The notes under the pieces are model-generated. The model had not been told where the DNA came from. It searched no databases and was given only the letters and a program-made list of their open reading frames with translations. A program made the translations under genes and the position numbers. A stretch of 64,000 bases of DNA from a virus: the IMG/VR virus record IMGVR_UViG_3300048599_000097, positions 1-64,000 of that record, one strand, 5' to 3'. Of the stretch, positions 43,863-53,391 are shown piece by piece. Position 1 is the first letter of the stretch. Every line of letters starts with the position of its first letter.

Positions 43863-44485
43863 TTCTTAGCCTCCTTTTCAATAGTAATAAACTCAGGGAA
43901 TGGTAACTGCTTCAGCAGTTCGTCCAGAAACTTATGCCAGATAGGAAGTCGATGGTTCCTACGGTCAAAGTAAATATGCCTTAGAGTCTGATAGTTTGTA
44001 CATACAATACGGCGCTGCAGAAATGACTCAGGCAACATCTGTTTAAGCTCTTCTGTAGAAGCCCCTTCATTTGCCTGAACAATCATTTCTTCAAGCATCC
44101 ACTGCACTGCATCCTTGTTAGAATCAGTATACTCAAAATTAGATTCTATGTCAACCCTTCCTGCCCTGAGATTATCAAGTAATTTATGAGCAGTTGATTC
44201 ACTCATAGTTACAAATCCAACTTTACACTGATCTGCCTCACTCCACCAGTATCGAGGCATGGTGAGATCCAGCCATACAGTAGCCATACGGACACATTTT
44301 GAATGCGAGTCACCCGATACAATCAGCTTCTTGAGGAGTTCTACGTCATCAGAAAACAGTCTGTGTCCATTAGATTCTACAATATGCCCTTTCGGATGAC
44401 TGTTAAATGATAGTCGCACAGCTTCACATGCTATATCTAAACCCTCAACCCTAATTACTTTTACTTCCATTGTCAACCTCATCAA
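43859..44485 (-). CDS. ThyX-fold-like protein lacking the RHR...S...R ThyX motif
   Basis: Colinear by eye with ThyX (AVRLSF; GDSHSKCVRMATVWLDLTMPRYWW; C-terminal LRHIYFDRRNHRL). The catalytic RHRxxS motif is replaced by SEADQCKVG. The start is ambiguous (44485/44482/44470). Confidence 0.35.
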   Translation of the reverse strand: MMRLTMEVKVIRVEGLDIACEAVRLSFNSHPKGHIVESNGHRLFSDDVELLKKLIVSGDSHSKCVRMATVWLDLTMPRYWWSEADQCKVGFVTMSESTAHKLLDNLRAGRVDIESNFEYTDSNKDAVQWMLEEMIVQANEGASTEELKQMLPESFLQRRIVCTNYQTLRHIYFDRRNHRLPIWHKFLDELLKQLPFPEFITIEKEAKK

Positions 44486-44693
44486 TAAGCCTAGTAAGAT
44501 ACCAAGACGCTTTTTTTAGGTCTTCCGCTGGAGCAACCTTCTTCTCATAGCGCCAGATGTACTTTTCAACATTTCCTTTAAGGTAGCCGCAGAAGGCTTC
44601 TTTGGTCATGGAAGCCTTGATAGCTTCGATACACTCAATCCCACTAGAAGCATAGTGGTCTGGGTGATTCACAGGGTCATTTTCTTTTTTCAT
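44451..44693 (-). CDS. DUF3310-family protein
   Basis: NHPDHY...IECIEAI...GNVEKYIWRYEKK...EDLKKASWYL matches the DUF3310 pattern. Confidence 0.7.
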   Translation of the reverse strand: MKKENDPVNHPDHYASSGIECIEAIKASMTKEAFCGYLKGNVEKYIWRYEKKVAPAEDLKKASWYLTRLIDEVDNGSKSN

Positions 44694-44887
44694 TTCTCTT
44701 CTCCTTTTACAATACTTTCCAGCTTATCCATAATGTTCTGCTGATTTTCACCCCAGAACATATCACAGTAATCTCCATTACGAGGAGTCTCTGTAAACCG
44801 CCAAGCAATATCTTCCTTTATGTTAAAGCGTTTGCAGAACAATGCTGCTGGACACTCTCTATCAGTACAAAACGTCATGTCCATCAT
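44690..44887 (-). CDS. hypothetical Cys-rich protein
   Basis: 65 aa with an ATGA overlap. Confidence 0.45.
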   Translation of the reverse strand: MMDMTFCTDRECPAALFCKRFNIKEDIAWRFTETPRNGDYCDMFWGENQQNIMDKLESIVKGEEK

Positions 44888-45330
44888 TTACCAGAACTCC
44901 CGAAGCCTTTGTCACCACGAGTGGTTTCTGCAAGATCAGCCAGTTCAGTAACTTCAACATGAGGGATCTCCATAACAATGCCTTGAGCTATACGATCACC
45001 TTTGTTAATAAAGACATCTTTATCGGTGTTGTTATAGAGCTTAACCTTAATTTCACCCCTGTAGGAGACATCAACGACTCCAGCATTAGATGCCTCTACA
45101 CCACTGTTAAAAGCAAGGCCAGAGCGAGAATTGACCAGCAGAAATGGCTTGTACCCTACAGCCCAGTTAAAAGGCTCCCATGCTACACCAGTCCCAAAGA
45201 TAGCAGAAGAATTGGCGTGGATCGTAGCCCCGTAGTGGGCATAGAGATCAAGGCCAGCATTACTCTCGTCACCGTTCCCATAACTAGGGATGATGGAATC
45301 ATCGTACAGTTTTTTGAACCCTACTTTCAT
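44884..45330 (-). CDS. dut: dUTPase
   Basis: Motifs AGLDLYA, NSRSGLAFNSGV, GDRIAQG and RGDKGFGSSG. Confidence 0.9.
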   Translation of the reverse strand: MKVGFKKLYDDSIIPSYGNGDESNAGLDLYAHYGATIHANSSAIFGTGVAWEPFNWAVGYKPFLLVNSRSGLAFNSGVEASNAGVVDVSYRGEIKVKLYNNTDKDVFINKGDRIAQGIVMEIPHVEVTELADLAETTRGDKGFGSSGK

Positions 45331-45354
45331 CTAAACTCCTTACAAAATAAAATA

Positions 45355-45389
45355 TGGGATAGGGTGGACTTGAACCACCGACCTCTCAA
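45355..45389 (-). pseudogene. tRNA 3'-half fragment (variable loop, T-arm and acceptor 3' strand)
   Basis: The minus strand reads TTGAG-AGGTC-GGTGG-TTCAAGT-CCACC-CTATCCC-A. No matching 5' half is present. The segment AGGTCGGTGGTTCAAGTCCAC matches bacterial tRNA-Ile(GAU) as I remember it. Confidence 0.5.
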
Positions 45390-45796
45390 TATTGTATATT
45401 ATTTCTATAATAGATGTCAAGCACCTGCTGTTTTCCTATCTCTACTAATTCCGCATTAGTATGAAGCCCTTCCAAAAATTTATGTAGGCATTTCTTGGAG
45501 CAACAATGAAACTTGCATTTAACCCTTTCAAAGGTGTTGTGATATTCTTTTTCAAAACTAATACCACAAGCAGGGCACTTTAGCAACATATAACGCTTTC
45601 CTTTCGTTGAGGCATTATACTTATCTACATTAGCCTTTGCTGATAATATTTGTAGATTTTCAATCCTATCATCAGTCTTATCATTGTTAATATGATCTAC
45701 TTGCTCATCTTTATTCAGCACCCTACCTAGATATGTAGACATAAGCCATCTTGCGTAGGACATTGTTGAGCGTTTCCCTTTATCATACAAACACAC
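45386..45796 (-). CDS. free-standing HNH endonuclease
   Basis: VDHINNDKTDDRIENLQILSAKANV. The start is uncertain (45796 GTG or 45763 ATG). The last codons run into the tRNA-like fragment. Confidence 0.75.
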   Translation of the reverse strand: MCLYDKGKRSTMSYARWLMSTYLGRVLNKDEQVDHINNDKTDDRIENLQILSAKANVDKYNASTKGKRYMLLKCPACGISFEKEYHNTFERVKCKFHCCSKKCLHKFLEGLHTNAELVEIGKQQVLDIYYRNNIQY

Positions 45797-45874
45797 AATA
45801 TTTCTATTTTCCCTATTCCTGATAAGATACGTTATATAGTTATCATATGGGTATTTTGATTCTATAGTAATTTG

Positions 45875-46126
45875 TTACACCTCCTCCTTTTCTTCATTAG
45901 CATCTACAATAGTGTTATAAGCAGAAAGCCCACCTGCTGTAACTATGCTTATGGGTGCCATTACTATCGTAATAACTATAACAACAACACAAACTCCACC
46001 CAGAAACCCTTTATGCTCTGTGTTAATAAGAAGACTAAGCTCTGGAAGGGAAAGAACAGCGACTAAACTACAAGTAAATGCCATCATCAGACTCCATACC
46101 AAAGTAAAACCATCAACCTTCTTCAT
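45875..46126 (-). CDS. small membrane protein
   Basis: 83 aa with two or three hydrophobic helices. Confidence 0.45.
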   Translation of the reverse strand: MKKVDGFTLVWSLMMAFTCSLVAVLSLPELSLLINTEHKGFLGGVCVVVIVITIVMAPISIVTAGGLSAYNTIVDANEEKEEV

Positions 46127-46305
46127 ACTCGAACCTCCTCTATATATGCAAGAATTGGATCATAAAACGGAAAGCTATTATGAGGATTAGAGTTTGCCAC
46201 TTCTCTCGCCTTAATATTTGCCAATTCTGGTGATTCTGCTTTAACTAGATAGTAAATGTACATATCACCATCATTATACCCAGTATATACCTTATACAAT
46301 TTCAT
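46123..46305 (-). CDS. hypothetical protein
   Basis: 60 aa with an ATGA overlap. Confidence 0.45.
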   Translation of the reverse strand: MKLYKVYTGYNDGDMYIYYLVKAESPELANIKAREVANSNPHNSFPFYDPILAYIEEVRV

Positions 46306-46325
46306 AAAACACGCTCCTCACCCAA

Positions 46326-46631
46326 TTAGGGTGCAACATGCCTTCGCCAAGCCTTTCTAGCTTGTTCTGCAGCTCTGGTTTGTATGATACTATTATAGAC
46401 TTCATCCCCCTTTTTGAAAGCTTCGTCTGCATCATCAAATGCAAGGGCTTCACACTGCATGCGCGGCAGTTTATCTCCAGCCCCAACATAATAGACAGCG
46501 TTCTTTAACTCTTCTGCCTCGCACTCTCCCCATAAACCTAAAATAGCTATCACAAACTTGTTTTCTTTGTTCTTTCTCAATTCCACTTCTATCATACTCT
46601 CAACCTCCTTAGAATCACTCAACAAGGACAT
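46326..46631 (-). CDS. hypothetical protein
   Basis: 101 aa, downstream of the promoter at 46630-46659. Confidence 0.5.
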   Translation of the reverse strand: MSLLSDSKEVESMIEVELRKNKENKFVIAILGLWGECEAEELKNAVYYVGAGDKLPRMQCEALAFDDADEAFKKGDEVYNSIIQTRAAEQARKAWRRHVAP

Positions 46632-46659
46632 TCTACCACGAAGTAGGTGCCCTTGTCAA
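46630..46659 (-). promoter_or_regulatory. sigma70-type promoter
   Basis: The minus strand reads TTGACA (46659..46654), 18-nt spacer, TAGAAT (46635..46630). Confidence 0.5.
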
Positions 46660-46670
46660 GCGGTTTTGGA

Positions 46671-48464
46671 CTAAATCTTATGATAAAAACGCAATCCAGC
46701 TTCTTTCTGTCGAGCAGCAGAGAACGATTTAATCTTCTTGAGGTAGCCTATAACCCGAGTTAGGTAGTCTACATCGGTAGAACCACACTTAATACAGGAA
46801 TCACGAGTATTCATGTCAATATAACCACACTTGTTACAGTATGTAGACTTAACATTATACGTCCAGAATGATGAGCCAGTGTCTATGGCCTTCTGGATGA
46901 TTTTCAACCAAGTACCTTTACTAGGGATCTCTTCAAAATTCTGGTGAACCGCACTGCCTCCGTCCAGATACTGAAGTACGTCTCCACCGTGCATTTTGAA
47001 CTTGTCAACAAAATCTAATGTAGGATCTTCTACTTTATAAAGATAGCTGTTATAACAGTCCCTATTGGACTTAATACCGTCTCTGGTATCCCAGTCATGC
47101 AGTTTTACACCGACAGATTCGGCGGGGATAAGTTCTGTATTTATCAGAACCTTTTTGCCCAGCATCTCAGTGTAGAATTTAGCACCCTCCTTATTAGTAT
47201 CAGAGATAGTCTTGAATAGTTTCTTTACCCACCCAAGATACTCCTCATTAGGGGAAATCACATAACCAAGATACTCTGCAGCCTCAACAATGCCATTAAG
47301 ACCCACCGTAACATACTGCTTATCAAGAGCAATATACCCCTCGTCATAAAGCGGCATCAAATGAGCATCTTCAAAATCCTGCATGAGCATACGGAAGGCA
47401 ACAAGGTATTGGTGGACTTCTCTAACCTTCTTAGCAATATCCTTCTTAGTCTGTATAAGACGATTAACATTAAGGGTGATAACCTTACAACTACCTGTGA
47501 GCAACCCTCCCCCACCTATGGAGTAGGCAAACGGATTTGCTTCAATTTTGTTCTTCAAACGGCAACACGAGCTAAGGCTGTCTACGCTATCTGAATGATA
47601 GTGGAAAAATGAAACCCCCTTCGCCATCTGTTCAGCTAAGAAGTCTACAAAATCATTATCTTTAACCTTTCCGTTTTCCGTTAAATAATTTGCTGTAATC
47701 ACTGGAAAAGTCAAAATGGCTCTATGGCGCTCCTCGCCAAACCAATTAAGAAAGAACTTTTGCAGCTCATTGAACCCGTCCCAATCTGGCTTAGATCCAT
47801 CAGGATACATTGCTTCTCCAAACAATGCCTTAAAGTAATTTTCATCATATAGACTCATATTCCAGAAAGGACTCTGAAAGTTTCGGCTTCCTGCTGTGGA
47901 GTTTCCACTGTACACAATCTGCTGGAAAAAGTTCTCAATGTCAGATTTATGAGTTACCAAATAATTTTCCCCATAGTCCTTACGAGCGAAGTAGTGAAAA
48001 TAAATGAGTAAACTAGGGTCTGCGACGGCACCTACTACCTGTCCTGCGATAGCATACAGCAGATTGATGTATGAGCCACAGTATGAAGCAAGGTGTTTTG
48101 GAGGCTCACAATTTCCTACGATATTATCTGCTCCATTATAAATAAACGGCACTGTGGACACTGCAAGACAATAAGGGCGTAACCCGCTCTCATCGTTCAC
48201 GTAGATCTCGTGCTTTTTAAGACTTTTGTAGTATGCCTTTTGCACCTTTCTACCAAAAACCTCCTTGATCTTCTCCCCCAGAATATACCTATTCACCTGC
48301 ACATCTACATCTGTGTGTATCTCACCAGCTAGGGTTGCTACATTCTTCATGTGTACGTTACTGTTGGGATTCAGTTCTGAGAGAGTCGCATTATTACCTT
48401 CCCCCATGTACCGCTTCACAAATGCGTTTTTTTCCTTAAGTTGCTTCTTCGTTAGTCGAATCAT
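46671..48464 (-). CDS. nrdD: anaerobic ribonucleoside-triphosphate reductase (class III)
   Basis: 597 aa. C-terminal zinc ribbon CNKCGY...CIKCGS and the glycyl-radical motif TRVIGYL. Confidence 0.9.
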   Translation of the reverse strand: MIRLTKKQLKEKNAFVKRYMGEGNNATLSELNPNSNVHMKNVATLAGEIHTDVDVQVNRYILGEKIKEVFGRKVQKAYYKSLKKHEIYVNDESGLRPYCLAVSTVPFIYNGADNIVGNCEPPKHLASYCGSYINLLYAIAGQVVGAVADPSLLIYFHYFARKDYGENYLVTHKSDIENFFQQIVYSGNSTAGSRNFQSPFWNMSLYDENYFKALFGEAMYPDGSKPDWDGFNELQKFFLNWFGEERHRAILTFPVITANYLTENGKVKDNDFVDFLAEQMAKGVSFFHYHSDSVDSLSSCCRLKNKIEANPFAYSIGGGGLLTGSCKVITLNVNRLIQTKKDIAKKVREVHQYLVAFRMLMQDFEDAHLMPLYDEGYIALDKQYVTVGLNGIVEAAEYLGYVISPNEEYLGWVKKLFKTISDTNKEGAKFYTEMLGKKVLINTELIPAESVGVKLHDWDTRDGIKSNRDCYNSYLYKVEDPTLDFVDKFKMHGGDVLQYLDGGSAVHQNFEEIPSKGTWLKIIQKAIDTGSSFWTYNVKSTYCNKCGYIDMNTRDSCIKCGSTDVDYLTRVIGYLKKIKSFSAARQKEAGLRFYHKI

Positions 48465-49233
48465 TCTGTTGCTCCTTTATATAGTTCTCTTTAGGGAAAT
48501 TAAGTTTTGCTTTATTTCCACGAATTTCAAATGCTTTCTTATCATATGCTCTAGCGGCATCTTCTGGAGTAGAAAATGTACCTAGGTTCACACTTTTGCG
48601 ACCTATAGAAATATGAGCTACCCACCGCTTTTTGTTGTCTGTCTTTTGCACTCCCCAGTAACCAGATGCGCCCTTTTTATGGAAAACAGCATTTCTGCTC
48701 TCACAAAACTGAATAACTTCCTGCATATTATAGGTATTCTTATCAAAGTTAGTTCTTGCGAACTCTCCAAAATAATATAATGCACCCATATCATACCACC
48801 CAGCGCATTCTTCTGCACTAGAAGATGATCCTAAATGAACTGATTTATTATTCACGCGTATCCCTGCATACCAAACTGAGTCCCGTTTATGCCAGCGAAC
48901 CCCCTTAAATTTGCTGGCACCAGTATTCCTACGAATAAGAGTTTGGTTTCTGTTATTTTCGGCTTTGCTGCATATACGCAGATTACATTTTCTGTTATCT
49001 AATGTATCTCCGCTTATATGATCCACTACAAGGCCGTCATAAGGAACGCAGTTCATTATGAACCTATGCAAAGATAAAGCTATCCTTCTATCATTATAAT
49101 AGTCGTTCGAGAGGAAGTAATATCTTCCAACTGGGATATCATGTCGATTTATAAACCATTTTCTGGAAGATATTCTTTCAACATCTTCATCGTCTACTTT
49201 TATAGTATATCCAGATATCTGCATTTCTGTCAT
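48436..49233 (-). CDS. HNH endonuclease with two AP2-like domains, between nrdG and nrdD
   Basis: The N-terminus [26 protein letters not shown] is paralogous to 5917.. and 53382... HNH motif [29 protein letters not shown] overlaps the nrdG stop. Confidence 0.85.
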   Translation of the reverse strand: MTEMQISGYTIKVDDEDVERISSRKWFINRHDIPVGRYYFLSNDYYNDRRIALSLHRFIMNCVPYDGLVVDHISGDTLDNRKCNLRICSKAENNRNQTLIRRNTGASKFKGVRWHKRDSVWYAGIRVNNKSVHLGSSSSAEECAGWYDMGALYYFGEFARTNFDKNTYNMQEVIQFCESRNAVFHKKGASGYWGVQKTDNKKRWVAHISIGRKSVNLGTFSTPEDAARAYDKKAFEIRGNKAKLNFPKENYIKEQQNDSTNEEAT

Positions 49234-49691
49234 TATGGCTCCTTCCAAAATCTATTTGTAATATTATGCAAATTACCATTTTCTAGCCTATACATTATTT
49301 GATTAGTTGTACGTTTTGTTAAATCACCAAATAATTCCACATAAGGGTTTATTTTTAAATAATCCAGCACTCCAGCGAGTCTATCTGACACGAAGGGTTC
49401 CCCAGTATACAGGGCTGTGAGGTATCCCATAGAACGTGCAATCTTAAGATAATGTATCAACGTATCTGGCTCCCATTCCCCCCCCATAGCACAAAAACAG
49501 GAACACTTATCCCTATAATTTACTAACATACTGGTCATAAGGTTCTCTGTCATAATATCCCCAGCAGAAGCATCCCATAATTCTTTACTATGGCAATTTC
49601 CGCAGTGAACAGGGCATCCTGTGAACCATACAGCTAGTGTTATTTCATCTGGTATTTCTGTTAAAACTACAGAATTTCCCATATAATTCAT
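49233..49691 (-). CDS. nrdG: anaerobic RNR activating protein (radical SAM)
   Basis: [11 protein letters not shown] radical-SAM cluster. 152 aa, next to nrdD. Confidence 0.85.
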   Translation of the reverse strand: MNYMGNSVVLTEIPDEITLAVWFTGCPVHCGNCHSKELWDASAGDIMTENLMTSMLVNYRDKCSCFCAMGGEWEPDTLIHYLKIARSMGYLTALYTGEPFVSDRLAGVLDYLKINPYVELFGDLTKRTTNQIMYRLENGNLHNITNRFWKEP

Positions 49692-49710
49692 TAACCGCCT
49701 CCCTAAAGAC

Positions 49711-49736
49711 GTAAAATCCCACCCGAAGGTGGGACG
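49711..49736 (-). terminator. rho-independent terminator (or 5' stabilising hairpin of nrdG mRNA)
   Basis: The minus strand reads TCCCACC-TTCG-GGTGGGA followed by TTTTAC. Confidence 0.55.
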
Positions 49737-49758
49737 AGAACCCTACCACAACCCCTCG

Positions 49759-50145
49759 TTACTTGTCAAGGGGCTTCATTACTTCCTCATATTCTTTCAC
49801 GAATGCCTCAAGTAGTTCTTTATTCAGTCCAGAACACTTCATAGCTAACGCGTTCTTCTCTGCAAACGAGTCAATAAGCTCCTGCTTAGGGGTCTTGGGA
49901 AGGGTTCTTTTGTGAGGAACAGACCATACAATACCATTAGAAGAGATGTACTCTACTGTAGCACAAGACACATCATCAGGTAGCTCCCGCCACACAGAAT
50001 CCTTCTTAGCCGCTTCCAGTTCCTTTCTGGCATCCTGAAGATCCTGTGCAGTCCTCAGCAAAACACTAGGCATTGCATCCTTTGACACATGCCCCTCTGC
50101 TTTAATTATGTTGCATATACCCTCATTACTGATTCTAGTCTCCAT
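49759..50145 (-). CDS. hypothetical protein
   Basis: ATG 50145 after an AAGGAGG SD. Confidence 0.5.
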   Translation of the reverse strand: METRISNEGICNIIKAEGHVSKDAMPSVLLRTAQDLQDARKELEAAKKDSVWRELPDDVSCATVEYISSNGIVWSVPHKRTLPKTPKQELIDSFAEKNALAMKCSGLNKELLEAFVKEYEEVMKPLDK

Positions 50146-50166
50146 CTTAGCCTCCTTTAACAATAC

Positions 50167-50583
50167 CTAACAATCTCTCCAACTAGGCTCTTTCGCCTTC
50201 CCTTTCCTTAGTTCCTCAGCACGTTTCTGACTTATTTCTCTCTGCTTCTGCAGCAATTCCTTATACGCCTTCCTGTACCGTTCTTTCCATATTTTAGCAC
50301 ACTTTGGGCAGATAGTCAAGCCACTTTTCTTAACTTCTCCATAGCCATGCCAAATAACGTCTTCAGGGAATCTAAAGGCATCATGAAAGGAACAATGCTT
50401 CCTATAAAGGATATAACAGAACCGCTGATAGGGGCGGTCATTGACTAACTGCATACCCAGTATATACTTAGACTCATTGTAGAGATGCCAGACTTTGTTG
50501 TTTTTGAGCGCCCAAGACCCGAAACGAAAGCGGTTCTGGATCTTTTTGTCTACATAGGGTACTCCTAGAGGTTTCATTAACAT
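50167..50583 (-). CDS. hypothetical protein
   Basis: 138 aa. The start overlaps the methyltransferase stop. Confidence 0.5.
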   Translation of the reverse strand: MLMKPLGVPYVDKKIQNRFRFGSWALKNNKVWHLYNESKYILGMQLVNDRPYQRFCYILYRKHCSFHDAFRFPEDVIWHGYGEVKKSGLTICPKCAKIWKERYRKAYKELLQKQREISQKRAEELRKGKAKEPSWRDC

Positions 50584-51317
50584 TGTTCTAACCTCTTTTT
50601 AATTATCTCATAATATTCTGGTTCCTTTTCTATAAGAATATAACCTCTATTCAGATTCTTACAGGCCACTCCAGTAGTACCTGAACCTGCACAGGGATCT
50701 AATATAAGGGAACCTTCATTAGTATATGTTTTTATAAGCCTCTCATACAATTCTACGGGCTTCTGTGTGGGATGCAATGCGTTTCTACTGTTATCCCTGT
50801 TGATTCGTATAACCTGTGTAGGATGCCTAGTTCCATCATCTTTATACTCCAATGGAACTGTAGTTGGGTGAATGCCCCCCATAGTAGGAGACCATCTAGC
50901 ATCTGTACCTATTTTATTGGATACAGGCTTACCAGTAAAAGCTGTCTTCTGAGGATTGTACACACACTGCTTCTTATAAAACACAGAGATAGTTTCTATT
51001 GTTTTTCCCGGTCTCCTTTTTACCTGAAACACATTCGTCAGGCGTTCCTTTTCCCAATACCAGTCATACTTGTAGTCTTTCATATTTGAGCATCTGACCA
51101 AAGAGCCAAACGGTTCCTGCCCAAATATAAGTATAGGGGTAGTGTCTTTACATATCCTAGATAACTCCACCCATAGCTTATTAAAATCTAAACACGTATC
51201 CCAATGCAGTGGGGTAGTTCCATAAGGAGGGTCTAGGATAACCATATCAGTAGAACTATCTGGAATAAGTTGCATTTTGTCTAGGCAGTCTCCTAGAATA
51301 ACCTCATTATTTAACAT
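50577..51317 (-). CDS. DNA methyltransferase (DPPY type, N6-adenine or N4-cytosine)
   Basis: Motif IV ILDPPYG near the N-terminus and motif I DPCAGSGTTG near the C-terminus (beta-class order). Confidence 0.85.
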   Translation of the reverse strand: MLNNEVILGDCLDKMQLIPDSSTDMVILDPPYGTTPLHWDTCLDFNKLWVELSRICKDTTPILIFGQEPFGSLVRCSNMKDYKYDWYWEKERLTNVFQVKRRPGKTIETISVFYKKQCVYNPQKTAFTGKPVSNKIGTDARWSPTMGGIHPTTVPLEYKDDGTRHPTQVIRINRDNSRNALHPTQKPVELYERLIKTYTNEGSLILDPCAGSGTTGVACKNLNRGYILIEKEPEYYEIIKKRLEQC

Positions 51318-51366
51318 GTTTTCTGCATCCTAACAAGTAAAATGTTATAGTGCATTTTATTTGTTA

Positions 51367-52161
51367 TCATACGTGGTTGGCCTGAATATATAATTCTAAC
51401 CATTCATTTATCAATGCCTCCTGTGCTGTTTCTACTGAACTATACGGCCCAAATCTCATACGAACACCTTTTTTATGCAGAATTGCATACACCAAACCAG
51501 ATTTCATTATTACATAGTGTTTGCGTAGTATATCTGCAAGATTACTCCTTATCATTTCAGGAACATTATTTACAGGAATATATGACCAGTAATACCCTTT
51601 GTAGAGTTTTTGTACATGTTCTTTATTGCACACCTGAGAAATCCGCCCTATACTATACCCCGTTTGTAGTTCTGATAAAGCAGCATGTACACATACTAAA
51701 GTACCGTCTATAGCATATTGATACACGGGTTTTATATCATAGATACATCCTCGTTGCGCTTCTGTGCGTAATTGCTCTACAAAGTGTCTATTATTCTCTT
51801 CCATCGTAACCCATTCAAGATTTGATGCTTTGTTATTATGCTTATTCCCATCCTTATGATTTACATACAGGGGCTCTGAAGTGTCTGGTTTACCACAAAA
51901 TGTGTCAGCAATAAGTCTGTGCACTAGGAATTTTTTCTGTATTCTTGGCATAACCGTTATATTCACATACAAATATCCTTCTTTATGGAGTTCAATAGAT
52001 GGAGCATCATGCCGAAGAACTGTATGAGAATTAACACTCATATTAGTATTGTACCACGCTATATCATATCGGATTTCCCCGTTTTCATTAACTAAAACGT
52101 GCCTATATAGGGGATGTGGCTGAAAAATAAGCGTCTCTTTACCCAATATAATATCCTCCAA
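51367..52161 (-). CDS. free-standing HNH endonuclease (NUMOD4/HNH_3-like)
   Basis: VNHKDGNKHNNKASNLEWVTMEENN. 264 aa. Confidence 0.75.
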   Translation of the reverse strand: MEDIILGKETLIFQPHPLYRHVLVNENGEIRYDIAWYNTNMSVNSHTVLRHDAPSIELHKEGYLYVNITVMPRIQKKFLVHRLIADTFCGKPDTSEPLYVNHKDGNKHNNKASNLEWVTMEENNRHFVEQLRTEAQRGCIYDIKPVYQYAIDGTLVCVHAALSELQTGYSIGRISQVCNKEHVQKLYKGYYWSYIPVNNVPEMIRSNLADILRKHYVIMKSGLVYAILHKKGVRMRFGPYSSVETAQEALINEWLELYIQANHV

Positions 52162-52441
52162 GGTACTCGTCCAGAGGGTATTCGTCTAGCTTTACACCCG
52201 CAGTATCGTCGAGATCATACTGCTCATTTATAAGATTCCAATAGGGAGATTCATCAGCTATGTTCTCAACTTCCTTGTACACTTCCAGAAGTGCATTAAC
52301 TTCATCACGACGTTTCTGCACTTTAGCCCAATAGGTATCCTTAACTTCTTCTGCCTTAGCCTTGTCCGTAAAGATCCCCAAGATATGATCCCAAGAGTCA
52401 TCATAAGACCCGCCGTACTCTGTTACTATATATACTTTCAT
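52139..52441 (-). CDS. hypothetical protein
   Basis: 100 aa, acidic. Confidence 0.5.
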   Translation of the reverse strand: MKVYIVTEYGGSYDDSWDHILGIFTDKAKAEEVKDTYWAKVQKRRDEVNALLEVYKEVENIADESPYWNLINEQYDLDDTAGVKLDEYPLDEYLGGYYIG

Positions 52442-52453
52442 ATTGCTAACTCC

Positions 52454-52636
52454 TTACCATATCCCTTGAGAACTGTAATAATCTTCCCACATCTCTTTCC
52501 AGTAGGCATCACAGTCTGCCCGACAATCAGGGCATAGATCCATATAGTTGCTACCTTCGTTCATGTACTGTGTGTGCATCCTGTAACGGACAGCTTCGTC
52601 CGAGTCACAGGAGTGCAGGAAACCTTGGCAGGTCAT
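52454..52636 (-). CDS. hypothetical Cys-rich protein
   Basis: 60 aa. Confidence 0.45.
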   Translation of the reverse strand: MTCQGFLHSCDSDEAVRYRMHTQYMNEGSNYMDLCPDCRADCDAYWKEMWEDYYSSQGIW

Positions 52637-53391
52637 AGAGATTGTTCCTTTGCGTCTAAAGCATCTGCAATTCTGTTTTTTGCTATCTTAAAATAACCTT
52701 CATCTTTTTCAATCCCTATAAAGTTTCGCCCTGTATTGATGCAAGCAACACCCGTAGAACCCGATCCCATTGTATTGTCAAGTACAGTTTCGCCTTCGAG
52801 AGTGTATGTCTTTATTAGATATTCAAGTAAGGCAACTGGCTTTTGGGTTGGGTGAAGTTTTTTATTTGCTCTTGTTCCACGATTTATCTTTATAACACTT
52901 CTGGGATAGCGAACAGAAGGATTGTAGCTATCAGAAATCGACGCCTTACATGAAATAGTTTCTATAGTGTTCATTTCACCTTTTTGTGATTTGTTCTTAG
53001 TTTTATCATTGTTATTCGGTTGCATAGATGCTTCCATAATTGGGAAATATATTTTAGAGTTGAATATACTGATAATCTCATGTACTCTTGCCGCTTCTTT
53101 TTTCATATTAAATATATTAGTAGGCCGTTCTTTTTCCCAAATCCAATCATACTTGAACTGCTTAATATTACTCATTCGTAAATAACTTGAAAACGGCTCA
53201 CTCCCGAATAATACAATAGCACCTCTATCTTTAATGATACGCTTGTACTGCTCCCACAATGGCTCAAATGGAATAACTACATCCCACTTACAAGCAGTTG
53301 TCCCATATGGTAAATCACATAGAATCATATCTACGCTTCCATCGGGAATATCCTTCATCTTTTCCAAACAATCACCATGAATCAGTTGCAT
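52633..53391 (-). CDS. second DNA methyltransferase (DPPY variant CDLPYG)
   Basis: ILCDLPYGT and DNTMGSGSTG. Paralogous in architecture to 50577..51317. Confidence 0.85.
   Translation of the reverse strand: MQLIHGDCLEKMKDIPDGSVDMILCDLPYGTTACKWDVVIPFEPLWEQYKRIIKDRGAIVLFGSEPFSSYLRMSNIKQFKYDWIWEKERPTNIFNMKKEAARVHEIISIFNSKIYFPIMEASMQPNNNDKTKNKSQKGEMNTIETISCKASISDSYNPSVRYPRSVIKINRGTRANKKLHPTQKPVALLEYLIKTYTLEGETVLDNTMGSGSTGVACINTGRNFIGIEKDEGYFKIAKNRIADALDAKEQSL

Noticed and set aside
45355-45389. tRNA fragment as a functional attP of a temperate phage
   Set aside because: No integrase, excisionase or repressor occurs anywhere in the window, and gene content is that of a virulent phage. It is kept only as a relic hypothesis.
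49745-49775. TTGACA-17-TAGGGT on the - strand as a promoter for nrdG
   Set aside because: The -35 lies within the end of the upstream ORF, and the element is followed immediately by a terminator-type hairpin. It could be real but is equally explained by chance, so only the hairpin is annotated.
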